Shown piece after piece: positions 43,244 through 50,815 of a DNA stretch of 64,000 nt; position 1 is the stretch's first letter; every line of letters begins with the position of its first letter. Source of the stretch: Minisyncoccota bacterium (lineage in GTDB: Bacteria; Patescibacteriota; Minisyncoccia; Phycocordibacterales; SBAW01); the NCBI GenBank assembly GCA_035546615.1, contig DASZWM010000003.1:92902-156901 (forward strand), read 5' to 3'. Both the position numbers and the translations under genes were made by a program. Below the pieces are notes generated by a model. The model was not told the origin of the DNA. It searched no databases and saw nothing but the letters and a program-made list of their open reading frames with translations.

Positions 43244-43675
43244 TTATGCGCTGACGGAACCGCCAGCCTTCTCTATCTTAGCGCGAGCCGAGCCGGAAAC
43301 CGAGCATCCGGATATGGTGAGCTTCTTCGTGAGCTCTCCGTCGCCGAGGATCTTGACGACGCCTGTCTCGCGGACCGCGCCGCGCTCGATGAGGACTTTC
43401 GGAGTGATAGTGTCGCCCGGCGCGAACATCTTCTCCAGAAGCGCCACGTTAACGACGGACGGCTTGTCCTTGATGCTGCGCAAACCGCCTATGCCGCGCC
43501 CGCGGAGCTTCGGAAGCTTCTTAAGCTGCTCGCGAATGGCGGGCATGATCGAGTGGCCCGCGCGGGCCTTCTGGCCCTTGGTGCCGCGTCCGGAGGTCTT
43601 GCCCCGGCCGCCGCCGCGTCCGACGCGCTTCTCGCTTTTGTTGGGGGTTGCCCGCTTGAGTTCGTGGAGTTGCAT
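43244..43675 (-). CDS. rplO: 50S ribosomal protein L15
   Basis: RVGRGGGRGKTSGRGTKGQKARAG. Confidence 0.9.
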   Translation of the reverse strand: MQLHELKRATPNKSEKRVGRGGGRGKTSGRGTKGQKARAGHSIMPAIREQLKKLPKLRGRGIGGLRSIKDKPSVVNVALLEKMFAPGDTITPKVLIERGAVRETGVVKILGDGELTKKLTISGCSVSGSARAKIEKAGGSVSA

Positions 43676-43714
43676 AAATTTGAGTCTCTTTTTGATTGTT
43701 AAATCATTAAAATG

Positions 43715-44338
43715 CTACGCTTTCAATGATTTAAGAGCCTCTACCGCAGCGCGGGCATTGTTAAGGCCGTTCTTGCTGCCGGAGTGGACCTTCGCAACGA
43801 TGTTCGTGATGCCGGCAAGCTCAAGCACAGGACGAACCGAGGAGCCTGCGACAAGGCCGCGGCCGCGAGCCGGCATGAGGGATACGCGCGAGGCGTTGAA
43901 CTTGGCGTTCACATCATGGGCAATGGAAGAATCCTTGGTGAGCGACACGGTTATCATGTGCTTCTTGGCGTCGCGCACCGCCTTGTCTATCGCGAGGGTG
44001 GTGTCCCCTGCCTTGCCGACGCCGACGCCGACGCGGCCCTTCTTATTGCCGATGATTATGGAAACGCTGAAGGAGAACCGGCGGCCGCCCGCGATAACGC
44101 GGGATACGCGGCGGATGTTTATCATGCGCTGGTCGAACTCGGTCTTGCGCTCGGGGCGAGGGCCACGTGCGCCCGGACGGCCTCCGGGGCGACCGCCCTG
44201 GCGGCCGCGGCGGTCACCGCCGGCGCGAGGAGCGCGTGCAGGCGCCTCAGATGCAGCCACAGGAGCAGCAGCTTCAGCCGCAACCTCTGGGGCCGCTTCT
44301 GTATTGGTGTCTATTACTTTTTCTTCAGGGGTATCCAT
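43715..44338 (-). CDS. rpsE: 30S ribosomal protein S5 with ~65-aa Ala/Arg/Gly-rich N-terminal extension
   Basis: Core RMINIRRVSRVIAGGRRFSFSVSIIIGNKKGRVGVGVGKA matches S5; followed directly by rplO (no L30 gene). Confidence 0.85.
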   Translation of the reverse strand: MDTPEEKVIDTNTEAAPEVAAEAAAPVAASEAPARAPRAGGDRRGRQGGRPGGRPGARGPRPERKTEFDQRMINIRRVSRVIAGGRRFSFSVSIIIGNKKGRVGVGVGKAGDTTLAIDKAVRDAKKHMITVSLTKDSSIAHDVNAKFNASRVSLMPARGRGLVAGSSVRPVLELAGITNIVAKVHSGSKNGLNNARAAVEALKSLKA

Positions 44339-44343
44339 ATAGT

Positions 44344-44691
44344 TTAAAATTTGAGGCCTCCTTCGCGGGCTGCGGTCGCAAGCACCGCTACGCGTCCGGT
44401 GTAGCGGAAGCCGCCGCGATCGAACACTACTTCGTTAATGCCCGCCGCCGAGGCCGCCTTGGCGAGCGCCATGCCGAGCGCTTTTGCCGCATCGGTCTTC
44501 TTGGCCTTCATGCCCTTCGTGCTGCCGGCTACGATGGTCTTCCCTGCCTCGTCATCGATGACCTGCGCGTGCAGATAGCGGTTGGACTTGTACACGGCCA
44601 GGCGCGGGCGCGCGGCGGTGCCCATGACGCGGGCACGAATGCGCGCATGGCGGCGTGAGCGGCTTATAGTTTTAGTAATGCTTTTGTTCAT
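44344..44691 (-). CDS. rplR: 50S ribosomal protein L18
   Basis: typical L18 sequence. Confidence 0.9.
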   Translation of the reverse strand: MNKSITKTISRSRRHARIRARVMGTAARPRLAVYKSNRYLHAQVIDDEAGKTIVAGSTKGMKAKKTDAAKALGMALAKAASAAGINEVVFDRGGFRYTGRVAVLATAAREGGLKF

Positions 44692-44726
44692 ATTGGTCTT
44701 TTAGATCTTTCCTCGCAAGCTCGGAA

Positions 44727-45260
44727 CTACGCGGCCTTCTTGCCCTGCTTGCGGCGGATAACCTCGCCGTCGTAGCGGATGCCCTTGCCCTTGTACGGCT
44801 CCGGAACCTTGAGCGCGCGTACATTAGCCGCGAACTGGCCGACGAGCTCCTTATCGAAACCGGTTATGGAAAGTGCGCCCTTCTCTACCGTTACGGTAAG
44901 GCCTTCCGGGATGCTCATCTTGACCGGGTGCGAGAAGCCGAGGCTGAGGTTCAAGGTCTTCCCTGCGACATCCCACTTGTAGCCGACGCCCTCGATAGCA
45001 AGCTTCTTGGTGAAGCCGGTGCCGACGCCCTCTATCATGTTGCGGATGTGCGAAGCATAGCTGCCGACAAGCGCGCGAGCCTCGAGCGTGTCCTTCTTCA
45101 TCGCGACCTGCACGCCCTCAGGAACCTTCTCGATGGAAATGAGGCGGTGGCCCGGGCGCATGAGCGTGCCCTTCGGTCCCTTTACGGTAACCAAATCGCC
45201 CGAAATGGTTATTTCGGTCTTGGCCGGGACGGCTATTGGGCGTTTAGCTAGGCGTGACAT
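44727..45260 (-). CDS. rplF: 50S ribosomal protein L6
   Basis: typical L6 sequence. Confidence 0.9.
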   Translation of the reverse strand: MSRLAKRPIAVPAKTEITISGDLVTVKGPKGTLMRPGHRLISIEKVPEGVQVAMKKDTLEARALVGSYASHIRNMIEGVGTGFTKKLAIEGVGYKWDVAGKTLNLSLGFSHPVKMSIPEGLTVTVEKGALSITGFDKELVGQFAANVRALKVPEPYKGKGIRYDGEVIRRKQGKKAA

Positions 45261-45291
45261 ACAGGTTTTATGGAAGACGGGTTACACATGA

Positions 45292-45678
45292 TTACCAGAT
45301 TTCGAACAGGGCCTCGCCGCCGACGCGCTTTGCGCGCGCTTCCTTGCCGGTGAGGATGCCTTCAGGCGTCGAAAGCACGAGGAGGCCGTGGCCGCGCTTG
45401 ACCGGCTGCACGTCGCGCACGCCCATGTACATGCGGCGCGAGGGCTTCGAGATGCGCTTGGCGCCGCCGATAGCCGGACGGCCGCCCTTGTAGACGAGCA
45501 TGATGGAAAGGAGATTGTTCTTCGCGCGCTTATCTACCGCGCCGATGTAGCCCTCGCGCTCGAGCACTTCGGAAAGGGCGCGGGTCATCTTGGATGCGGG
45601 CACGACAACGGACTCCTTGCGCGCCATGGAGGCGTTGCGGATGCGGACGAGAAAATCTGCGATAGGGTCAGTTACCAT
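45292..45678 (-). CDS. rpsH: 30S ribosomal protein S8
   Basis: typical S8 sequence. Confidence 0.9.
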   Translation of the reverse strand: MVTDPIADFLVRIRNASMARKESVVVPASKMTRALSEVLEREGYIGAVDKRAKNNLLSIMLVYKGGRPAIGGAKRISKPSRRMYMGVRDVQPVKRGHGLLVLSTPEGILTGKEARAKRVGGEALFEIW

Positions 45679-45686
45679 ACGATTGA

Positions 45687-45872
45687 TTACCAGGATGACT
45701 TGCGGACGCCCGGGATGAGGCCCTCATTAGCCGCCTCGCGGAAGCAGGCGCGGCACATGCCGAAGTCGCGCATGAAGGAGCGCTTGCGGCCGCAGCGGAA
45801 GCAACGGTTAACAACCCTCGATTTGAATTTCGGAGGGCGGTTTGAGCGCGCGACTGTAGACTTTTTTGCCAT
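45687..45872 (-). CDS. rpsN: 30S ribosomal protein S14 type Z (zinc-binding)
   Basis: 61 aa, CFRCGRK...CRAC. Confidence 0.85.
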   Translation of the reverse strand: MAKKSTVARSNRPPKFKSRVVNRCFRCGRKRSFMRDFGMCRACFREAANEGLIPGVRKSSW

Positions 45873-46002
45873 TGTGTAATTAGGTCCCCCGGACCGGCCG
45901 GGGGTACTCCCCTTACCTAGGAAGTTATGATTCTGCCGGTTTGCCTCGCCTTGCGACTAAGCGGCACCTAACAGAAAAAAGGAGCCCTGATGGGCTCGGC
46001 AA

Positions 46003-46031
46003 AATATACGCGATATGGGCATATAAGTCAA
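46003..46031 (-). promoter_or_regulatory. Sigma-70-type promoter TTGACT-N17-TATATT driving rpsN and downstream genes
   Basis: minus-sense ggatTTGACTtatatgcccatatcgcgTATATTttgcc, ~125 nt upstream of rpsN ATG; leader contains two hairpins (45981-45998, 45886-45904). Confidence 0.5.
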
Positions 46032-46101
46032 ATCCGGCTTGACAGGGAGCCGAGATATAGAAAACTGAGGGTAGTTGGTCGGCCCGTTGGAGGAAACTGC
46101 C

Positions 46102-46359
46102 ATGGTTGCACTGGCGCCTCCTGAACGGAGGCCGTTGTCGAAAATACGCGTATTCTTCGCCCTGATCGGATTAATAGGCATGACGCTTGTTATCCTCGGA
46201 GGCGCGGCGCTGGCGTTAGACGGCTTGGGAATGTTCTTCATCCACCATCTTCCAGCCGATAGGGCGGCCGGCATCACCGGGATGGGCATCATCCTTGTGG
46301 CAATGGCGATGGGGGTGTTCAACCTTCTGCGAAGAAAAATCAAAGGGCCCGCGGGATGA
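46102..46359 (+). CDS. Small (86 aa) two-TM membrane protein inserted antisense between rpsN and rplE
   Basis: GGAGGA SD 6 nt before ATG 46102; MVALAPPERRPLSKIRVFFALIGLIGMTLVILGGAALAL...; ends at terminator. Confidence 0.4.
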   Translation: MVALAPPERRPLSKIRVFFALIGLIGMTLVILGGAALALDGLGMFFIHHLPADRAAGITGMGIILVAMAMGVFNLLRRKIKGPAG

Positions 46360-46388
46360 CCATCTCCCGCGGGCCCTTCGTGATTTTA
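46344..46388. terminator. Bidirectional rho-independent terminator immediately after rplE
   Basis: agggcccgcggg-atgaccatctc-ccgcgggccct with T-runs on both sides. Confidence 0.6.
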
Positions 46389-46392
46389 AAAA

Positions 46393-46929
46393 CTATTTCT
46401 TGAATGGGAAGCCGAGGTGTGTGAGATATGCTTTCGCTTCGTCCTTGTTCTTGGCGCCCGTCACAACCGTGACCGACATGCCGAAGACATCCTTAAGCTC
46501 CTCGTCGGCGGTCTCCGGGAATACCGTGTTCTCCTTGATACCAAGCGTGTAGTTGCCCATCTCGTCGATAGCGGAAGTCTCGATACCCTTGAAGTCCTTG
46601 GTGCGAGGAAGCGCGATGTGCACGAGGCGGTTGAGGAAATCCTCAGCGCGCTTGCCGCGCATCGTTACCTGGTAGCCTATCTTGTCGCCCACGCGGGTCT
46701 TGAAGGTGGCGATGGCCTTCTTGGCGGCGCGGGGAGCCGGCTTCTGTCCGGTTATCTTCTCCAGCCGATTGGCGATGAGCTCGATCTTGTTCTTATCTTT
46801 GGTTGAGCCGGTACCAACGGAAATAACTACCTTCTCCACCTTGGGGGTCTGCATGACATTCACCCACCCAAGAGTGCCCTTGAGCTCCGCGAATGCCGTC
46901 TTCTGCTGTTCTTGAATGAGTTTAGCCAT
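46393..46929 (-). CDS. rplE: 50S ribosomal protein L5
   Basis: typical L5 sequence. Confidence 0.9.
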   Translation of the reverse strand: MAKLIQEQQKTAFAELKGTLGWVNVMQTPKVEKVVISVGTGSTKDKNKIELIANRLEKITGQKPAPRAAKKAIATFKTRVGDKIGYQVTMRGKRAEDFLNRLVHIALPRTKDFKGIETSAIDEMGNYTLGIKENTVFPETADEELKDVFGMSVTVVTGAKNKDEAKAYLTHLGFPFKK

Positions 46930-46937
46930 GGTGGTGG

Positions 46938-47029
46938 ATTATTATCTAGCGAGCGAGAGAAATGAAAACTTGTTTTCATTTCCGAGCGAGCGACGATAAT
47001 ATAAATTTTTCATAAAATTTCTATTTCTT
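46938..47029 (-). repeat. 92-nt AT-rich intercistronic element (copy 1) between rplX stop and rplE start; contains perfect 11-bp hairpin
   Basis: 88/92 nt identical to 49598-49689; gaaatgaaaac-tt-gttttcatttc stem flanked by direct AGCGAGCGA repeats. Confidence 0.6.
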
Positions 47030-47248
47030 CGGACCGACGTTGCTGGCGTGTATCGGGAAATGCTTGTCGATTATCTGGCCCTTCTGCCCTTCGCGGCGGG
47101 GCTTCTGGTGCTTCTTGCGCATGCCCACACCCTCAACGAGCACGAGGCCAAGCTTCGGGAAGGTCTTTACGACCCTGCCGCTCTTGCCCTTCTCGTTGCC
47201 CGAGAGGACCGTTACCGTATCGCCTTTTTTTACATGCATGGTATTCAT
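47021..47248 (-). CDS. rplX: 50S ribosomal protein L24
   Basis: KOW motif MHVKKGDTVTVLSGNEKGKSGRV. Confidence 0.85.
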   Translation of the reverse strand: MNTMHVKKGDTVTVLSGNEKGKSGRVVKTFPKLGLVLVEGVGMRKKHQKPRREGQKGQIIDKHFPIHASNVGPKK

Positions 47249-47265
47249 ACGTTTCTTTTTTATTG

Positions 47266-47289
47266 GTGTAAAAATTAAAATTTTTACAC
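47266..47289 (-). promoter_or_regulatory. AT-rich hairpin spanning rplN stop codon, 18 nt upstream of rplX start
   Basis: ggtgtaaaaa-ttaaaa-tttttacacc (9-bp stem). Confidence 0.35.
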
Positions 47290-47664
47290 AACCTCCGGAG
47301 CGCGGGAAATGATGGTCTGGTAGCCGAGCTCCTGGAGCTCGCGCGGGATAGGGCCGAAGATGCGGCCTGCCTTAGGCTCCTTCTTGTCCTTGCCGGCGGT
47401 GTCCAGTATGACGACCGCGTTCTCGTCGAAGCGGATGTACGAGCCGTCCTTGCGGCGCATGGCCTTCTTCTGGCGCACGACGACGGCGCGCAGGATGTCC
47501 TTCTTCTTAACGGCTTTGCGCGGCTCGGCCGACTGCACCGAAATGACCACGAGCTCGCCGATTTCCGCGTAGCGCTTCTTGGAACCGCCAAGCACTTTGA
47601 AAACGCGGCCGATCTTGGCGCCGGAATTATCTGCAACAACAACGAGTGAGCGGTCTTGTATCAT
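47284..47664 (-). CDS. rplN: 50S ribosomal protein L14
   Basis: typical L14 sequence. Confidence 0.9.
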   Translation of the reverse strand: MIQDRSLVVVADNSGAKIGRVFKVLGGSKKRYAEIGELVVISVQSAEPRKAVKKKDILRAVVVRQKKAMRRKDGSYIRFDENAVVILDTAGKDKKEPKAGRIFGPIPRELQELGYQTIISRAPEVV

Positions 47665-47665
47665 A

Positions 47666-47914
47666 TTAGTTTTCGAACACTATCTCGAAGGACTTGAGCT
47701 TCGACATAGGGCGGCACGAGCGGATGGTAACCGCCTCCCCTTCCTGCGCGCGGTTGCCCGGATTGTGGGCGTGGTAGCGCTTGGTCGACTTCATGTACTT
47801 CTTGTACTTCGGATGCTTCACGTAGCGGGATACGGCAACTACCGCCGTGTCCTGCATTTTAGCCGAGACTACGGTGCCGCGAAGCGTCTTCTTATGTACG
47901 GTTTTGGTTTCCAT
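47666..47914 (-). CDS. rpsQ: 30S ribosomal protein S17
   Basis: typical S17 sequence. Confidence 0.85.
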   Translation of the reverse strand: METKTVHKKTLRGTVVSAKMQDTAVVAVSRYVKHPKYKKYMKSTKRYHAHNPGNRAQEGEAVTIRSCRPMSKLKSFEIVFEN

Positions 47915-47915
47915 A

Positions 47916-48119
47916 TTATTTCTTTGCCGCGGCCTTCTGCGCGGCGAGCTCTGTCATGGCGCGCGCGACGTCTTTGCGGAGCGTGCGGGCGAGCTTTACA
48001 TTGCGATTTTTACTACCGGAAGCGGAAAAGCGCAAGCCGCGGAGCTCTTCGCGCTTATCGGCAACGATCTTGAGAAGATCGTCCTGGTTATGGTTCTTGA
48101 GCGAGTTCTTCTTGGTCAT
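47916..48119 (-). CDS. rpmC: 50S ribosomal protein L29
   Basis: 67-aa protein starting MTKKNSLKNHNQDDLLKIVADKREELRGLRF; ORF-track N-terminal extension rejected (overlaps rplP). Confidence 0.75.
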   Translation of the reverse strand: MTKKNSLKNHNQDDLLKIVADKREELRGLRFSASGSKNRNVKLARTLRKDVARAMTELAAQKAAAKK

Positions 48120-48120
48120 A

Positions 48121-48540
48121 TTAGTGTCTGGTGACCACCTTGGTCTTGAGCGGCAGCTTCTTCCCTGCCTTCTCGAGCGTCTCCTTGGCGAGGGGTCCGG
48201 CAACGCCGTCCACTTCGAACAGTACGCGGCCCGGCCATACTTCCACCTCGTAGCCGACCGGATCGCCCTTACCCTTGCCGAGCTTCACTTCCGGCGGCTT
48301 CTGGGTGAACGGCTTGTCGGGGAATACGCGCAGCCACATCTTGCCGGTCTTGCCGAGGCTGCGGACCACCACTTTGCGGGCGCTCTCGAGCTGGTTGGAG
48401 CGCAGGCGGGCGTGGGTCATCGCCTTGAGGCCGTGGGAACCAAAGGCAACGGTAATGCCGCGGGTAGCGACTTTGCCCTTCTTGGCATTGTGGCGCATCG
48501 TGTGCCACTTCCTGAATTTTACTTTTTTGGGGAATAACAT
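48121..48540 (-). CDS. rplP: 50S ribosomal protein L16
   Basis: typical L16 sequence. Confidence 0.9.
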   Translation of the reverse strand: MLFPKKVKFRKWHTMRHNAKKGKVATRGITVAFGSHGLKAMTHARLRSNQLESARKVVVRSLGKTGKMWLRVFPDKPFTQKPPEVKLGKGKGDPVGYEVEVWPGRVLFEVDGVAGPLAKETLEKAGKKLPLKTKVVTRH

Positions 48541-48567
48541 GGTGTTGATTCAATCCTCGGCACTTTT

Positions 48568-49248
48568 TTATTTGTCTTTGCCGCCATCCTTGCCGGTGGC
48601 TGCAAAGACCTCGCCGCGGTATATCCAAACCTTGACGCCGATGACGCCGAGCGGAAGGTTCGCGCGCTCCTTGGCATAGTCGATATCCGAACGGAACGTC
48701 TGGAGCGGGATGCGGCCCTTCTTGAGCTCCTCGGTGCGGGACATGGAGCCGCCGCCGAGCATGCCGGAAACGCCGATGCGCACTCCCTTCACGTCGCGGT
48801 TGGCCATCACCTTCTCGATGGTCTGCTTGAGCACGCGGCGGAACGGCATGCGCTTCTCGAGGCTCTCAACCACCATGTATGCGACTATTGCCGCGCTGGA
48901 CTCAGGGCTGCGAATTTCCTCGATATCGAGCTTGATCTCAGGGACCTGGAGCTTGCGCTTCTTAAGGAAGGCGACGATCTTGTCCTTGAGCTTGGTCGAG
49001 CCCTCGCCGGAGCGGCCGATGATGATGCCCGGGCGCGAGGTCTTGATGATAACGCGCAGCTGCTTTTCGTTGCGCTCTATCTCCAGGGCGCCGATGTACA
49101 TGCCGCGAAGCTCCTTCTGCAAAAATTCGCGCAGGAGGATATCGGCCTTGAGGTACTGCTGGTACTTGGCGCCGGTAGCGAACCAGCGGTGACGCCAGTC
49201 ACGCAGTATTCCGAGCCTATGGGCAAATGGGTTTACGACTTTAGACAT
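48568..49248 (-). CDS. rpsC: 30S ribosomal protein S3
   Basis: KH domain, typical S3. Confidence 0.9.
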   Translation of the reverse strand: MSKVVNPFAHRLGILRDWRHRWFATGAKYQQYLKADILLREFLQKELRGMYIGALEIERNEKQLRVIIKTSRPGIIIGRSGEGSTKLKDKIVAFLKKRKLQVPEIKLDIEEIRSPESSAAIVAYMVVESLEKRMPFRRVLKQTIEKVMANRDVKGVRIGVSGMLGGGSMSRTEELKKGRIPLQTFRSDIDYAKERANLPLGVIGVKVWIYRGEVFAATGKDGGKDK

Positions 49249-49252
49249 ATAG

Positions 49253-49594
49253 TTATTGGGCTTTCGCGGCCTTGCGGGAAAGGGCGAGGGTGATATGACT
49301 GGACTTCTTGCGTATCGGGGACGAGCTGCCGCGGGCGCGGGGCATGGAGCGCTTGAAGACGATGCCGCCGTTCACCTGGATGCTTGAAATGTAGAGCTCG
49401 GAGGCCGCAACATCCTTGCTGTTTGCAATAGCGGACTTAACCAGCTTTGCCATCGGGTCGGAGCCGCGCTTCGGGAGCGTGGCAAGAAGCGCGAGCGCGC
49501 GCTCGACGGACTTGCCGCGGATGAGGTCGGCAATGAGGCGCACCTTGCGGGGCGACTGGCGGTAGTTCTTGAGTGATGCGGTTGCGTCTGACAT
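49253..49594 (-). CDS. rplV: 50S ribosomal protein L22
   Basis: typical L22 sequence. Confidence 0.9.
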   Translation of the reverse strand: MSDATASLKNYRQSPRKVRLIADLIRGKSVERALALLATLPKRGSDPMAKLVKSAIANSKDVAASELYISSIQVNGGIVFKRSMPRARGSSSPIRKKSSHITLALSRKAAKAQ

Positions 49595-49597
49595 ATA

Positions 49598-49689
49598 ATT
49601 ATTATCTAGCGAGTGAGAGAAATGAAAACTTGTTTTCTTTTCCGAGCGAGCGACGATAATATAAATTATTCATATAATTTCTATTTCTT
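49598..49689 (-). repeat. 92-nt AT-rich intercistronic element (copy 2) between rpsS stop and rplV start
   Basis: 96% identical to 46938-47029; begins at KK* stop of upstream gene, ends 3 nt before ATG. Confidence 0.6.
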
Positions 49690-50052
49690 GCCTGCCGGAG
49701 CGCCAGCCTTGCCGCCCGCCGCATCAGCCGCAGCCTTGGCCGCGCCCGCTGCCGCGATCTCGGCCTCCTTGGCCTTGGTCTCCATCTCCTTCTGCATCTT
49801 GCCGCCGTGGCGCTGGAACTTCTTCGTGGGAGAGAACTCGCCCAGGCGGTGCCCGACCATGTCCTCGCTCACGAGCACCTCAACGTGCGTCTTGCCGTTG
49901 TGGACGCCGAACTTGAAGCCGACCATTTCGGGGGCTATCTGGCTGCGGCGCGCCCACGTCTTAATAAGCTCAGATCCTTGAGCTTTTTTGCCCTCAATCT
50001 TCTTGAGGAGCTTTTCGTCTACGTATGGTCCTTTTTTGAGGCTGCGTGCCAT
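49681..50052 (-). CDS. rpsS: 30S ribosomal protein S19 with Ala/Lys-rich C-terminal extension
   Basis: S19 core [13 protein letters not shown]...HNGKTHVEV; ~35-aa tail. Confidence 0.85.
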   Translation of the reverse strand: MARSLKKGPYVDEKLLKKIEGKKAQGSELIKTWARRSQIAPEMVGFKFGVHNGKTHVEVLVSEDMVGHRLGEFSPTKKFQRHGGKMQKEMETKAKEAEIAAAGAAKAAADAAGGKAGAPAGKK

Positions 50053-50122
50053 ATTTCCAAAATTAAAGCCCCTGTCCGTTTGAGCAGAGAGCGCTCAAAC
50101 CTTGCGACACGGGAGTACAGGG

Positions 50123-50151
50123 ATAGTACAGGATAAGGCTGGGATAGTCAA
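50123..50151 (-). promoter_or_regulatory. Sigma-70-type promoter TTGACT-N17-TACTAT for rpsS operon segment
   Basis: minus-sense aatTTGACTatcccagccttatcctgTACTATccc; leader hairpin gtttgagc-gctctct-gctcaaac (50079-50101). Confidence 0.5.
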
Positions 50152-50196
50152 ATTGTGCTATAGTCGGCCGCGGATTCCCCAACCTAGGAGGTTGCT

Positions 50197-50763
50197 GTGA
50201 TAGCGTCAGCCAATATCGTACAGGCGGAGTACTTTCACGTGGACGGAGGGAGGACTCATTCGCTCGATGTTCTGCGTAATCAAATACGGGAGCGTGTGAA
50301 AGACAATCTCGAGCTAGCCCTTCGGACGGGACAGGAAGTCTCGCCCGGCATCAAGACATGCGTCCGGTTCTGCGATAATGACGAATCGGTTACGGCACGC
50401 GTGCGAGAAGCCGAGCAGCTCGAGAAAAAATATGGCGCGACGCTCGATGCCCTTGGCCGGCCTCGGAACGGTCGCCTTATGCGCTGGTGGTATCGGCGCC
50501 AGCTGCGGAATATCGGCGACAGTAAGAGGCGCGCGAAAGAGACCGCCATAGAACATTCCATATCGGCGCTTTTGCGCGCGATCAAGGCCAAGGAAAAGAT
50601 CGCTGTCGAGAAAAACGACCATTCGTATCGCTTTCTCAACGACAACGAATCGCTCGAACTTGCTGAAAGGGTGAGCGCCGCGAAGAGCGGGTGGATATTT
50701 GTCTTCAAGCCAAATAAAGACCTGTTGGCGGACAGAAACACTATAGTAACCCGTATCATGTAA
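50197..50763 (+). CDS. Hypothetical 188-aa protein inserted antisense between rpsS and rplB (GTG start)
   Basis: AGGAGG SD 6 nt before GTG; extended -10 TGcTATAGT at 50156-50164; own strong terminator. Confidence 0.5.
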   Translation: MIASANIVQAEYFHVDGGRTHSLDVLRNQIRERVKDNLELALRTGQEVSPGIKTCVRFCDNDESVTARVREAEQLEKKYGATLDALGRPRNGRLMRWWYRRQLRNIGDSKRRAKETAIEHSISALLRAIKAKEKIAVEKNDHSYRFLNDNESLELAERVSAAKSGWIFVFKPNKDLLADRNTIVTRIM

Positions 50764-50770
50764 CGAAAAT

Positions 50771-50810
50771 CGCCCCGGCATTTTGCCGGGGCGTTCTCTT
50801 TTTTGTGTTT
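50771..50810. terminator. Rho-independent terminator (bidirectional) after 188-aa gene and after rplB
   Basis: cgccccggc-attt-tgccggggcg + ttctcttttttgtgtttgattttt. Confidence 0.65.
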
Positions 50811-50815
50811 GATTT

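Noticed and set aside
43110-44342. 410-aa + strand ORF
   Set aside because: Antisense to rpsE/rplO; low-complexity Pro/Arg/Ser composition.
46039-46063. TTGACA hexamer on + strand as promoter for the 86-aa gene
   Set aside because: No acceptable -10 element at 16-18 nt spacing; the well-formed promoter in this region is on the opposite strand (rpsN).
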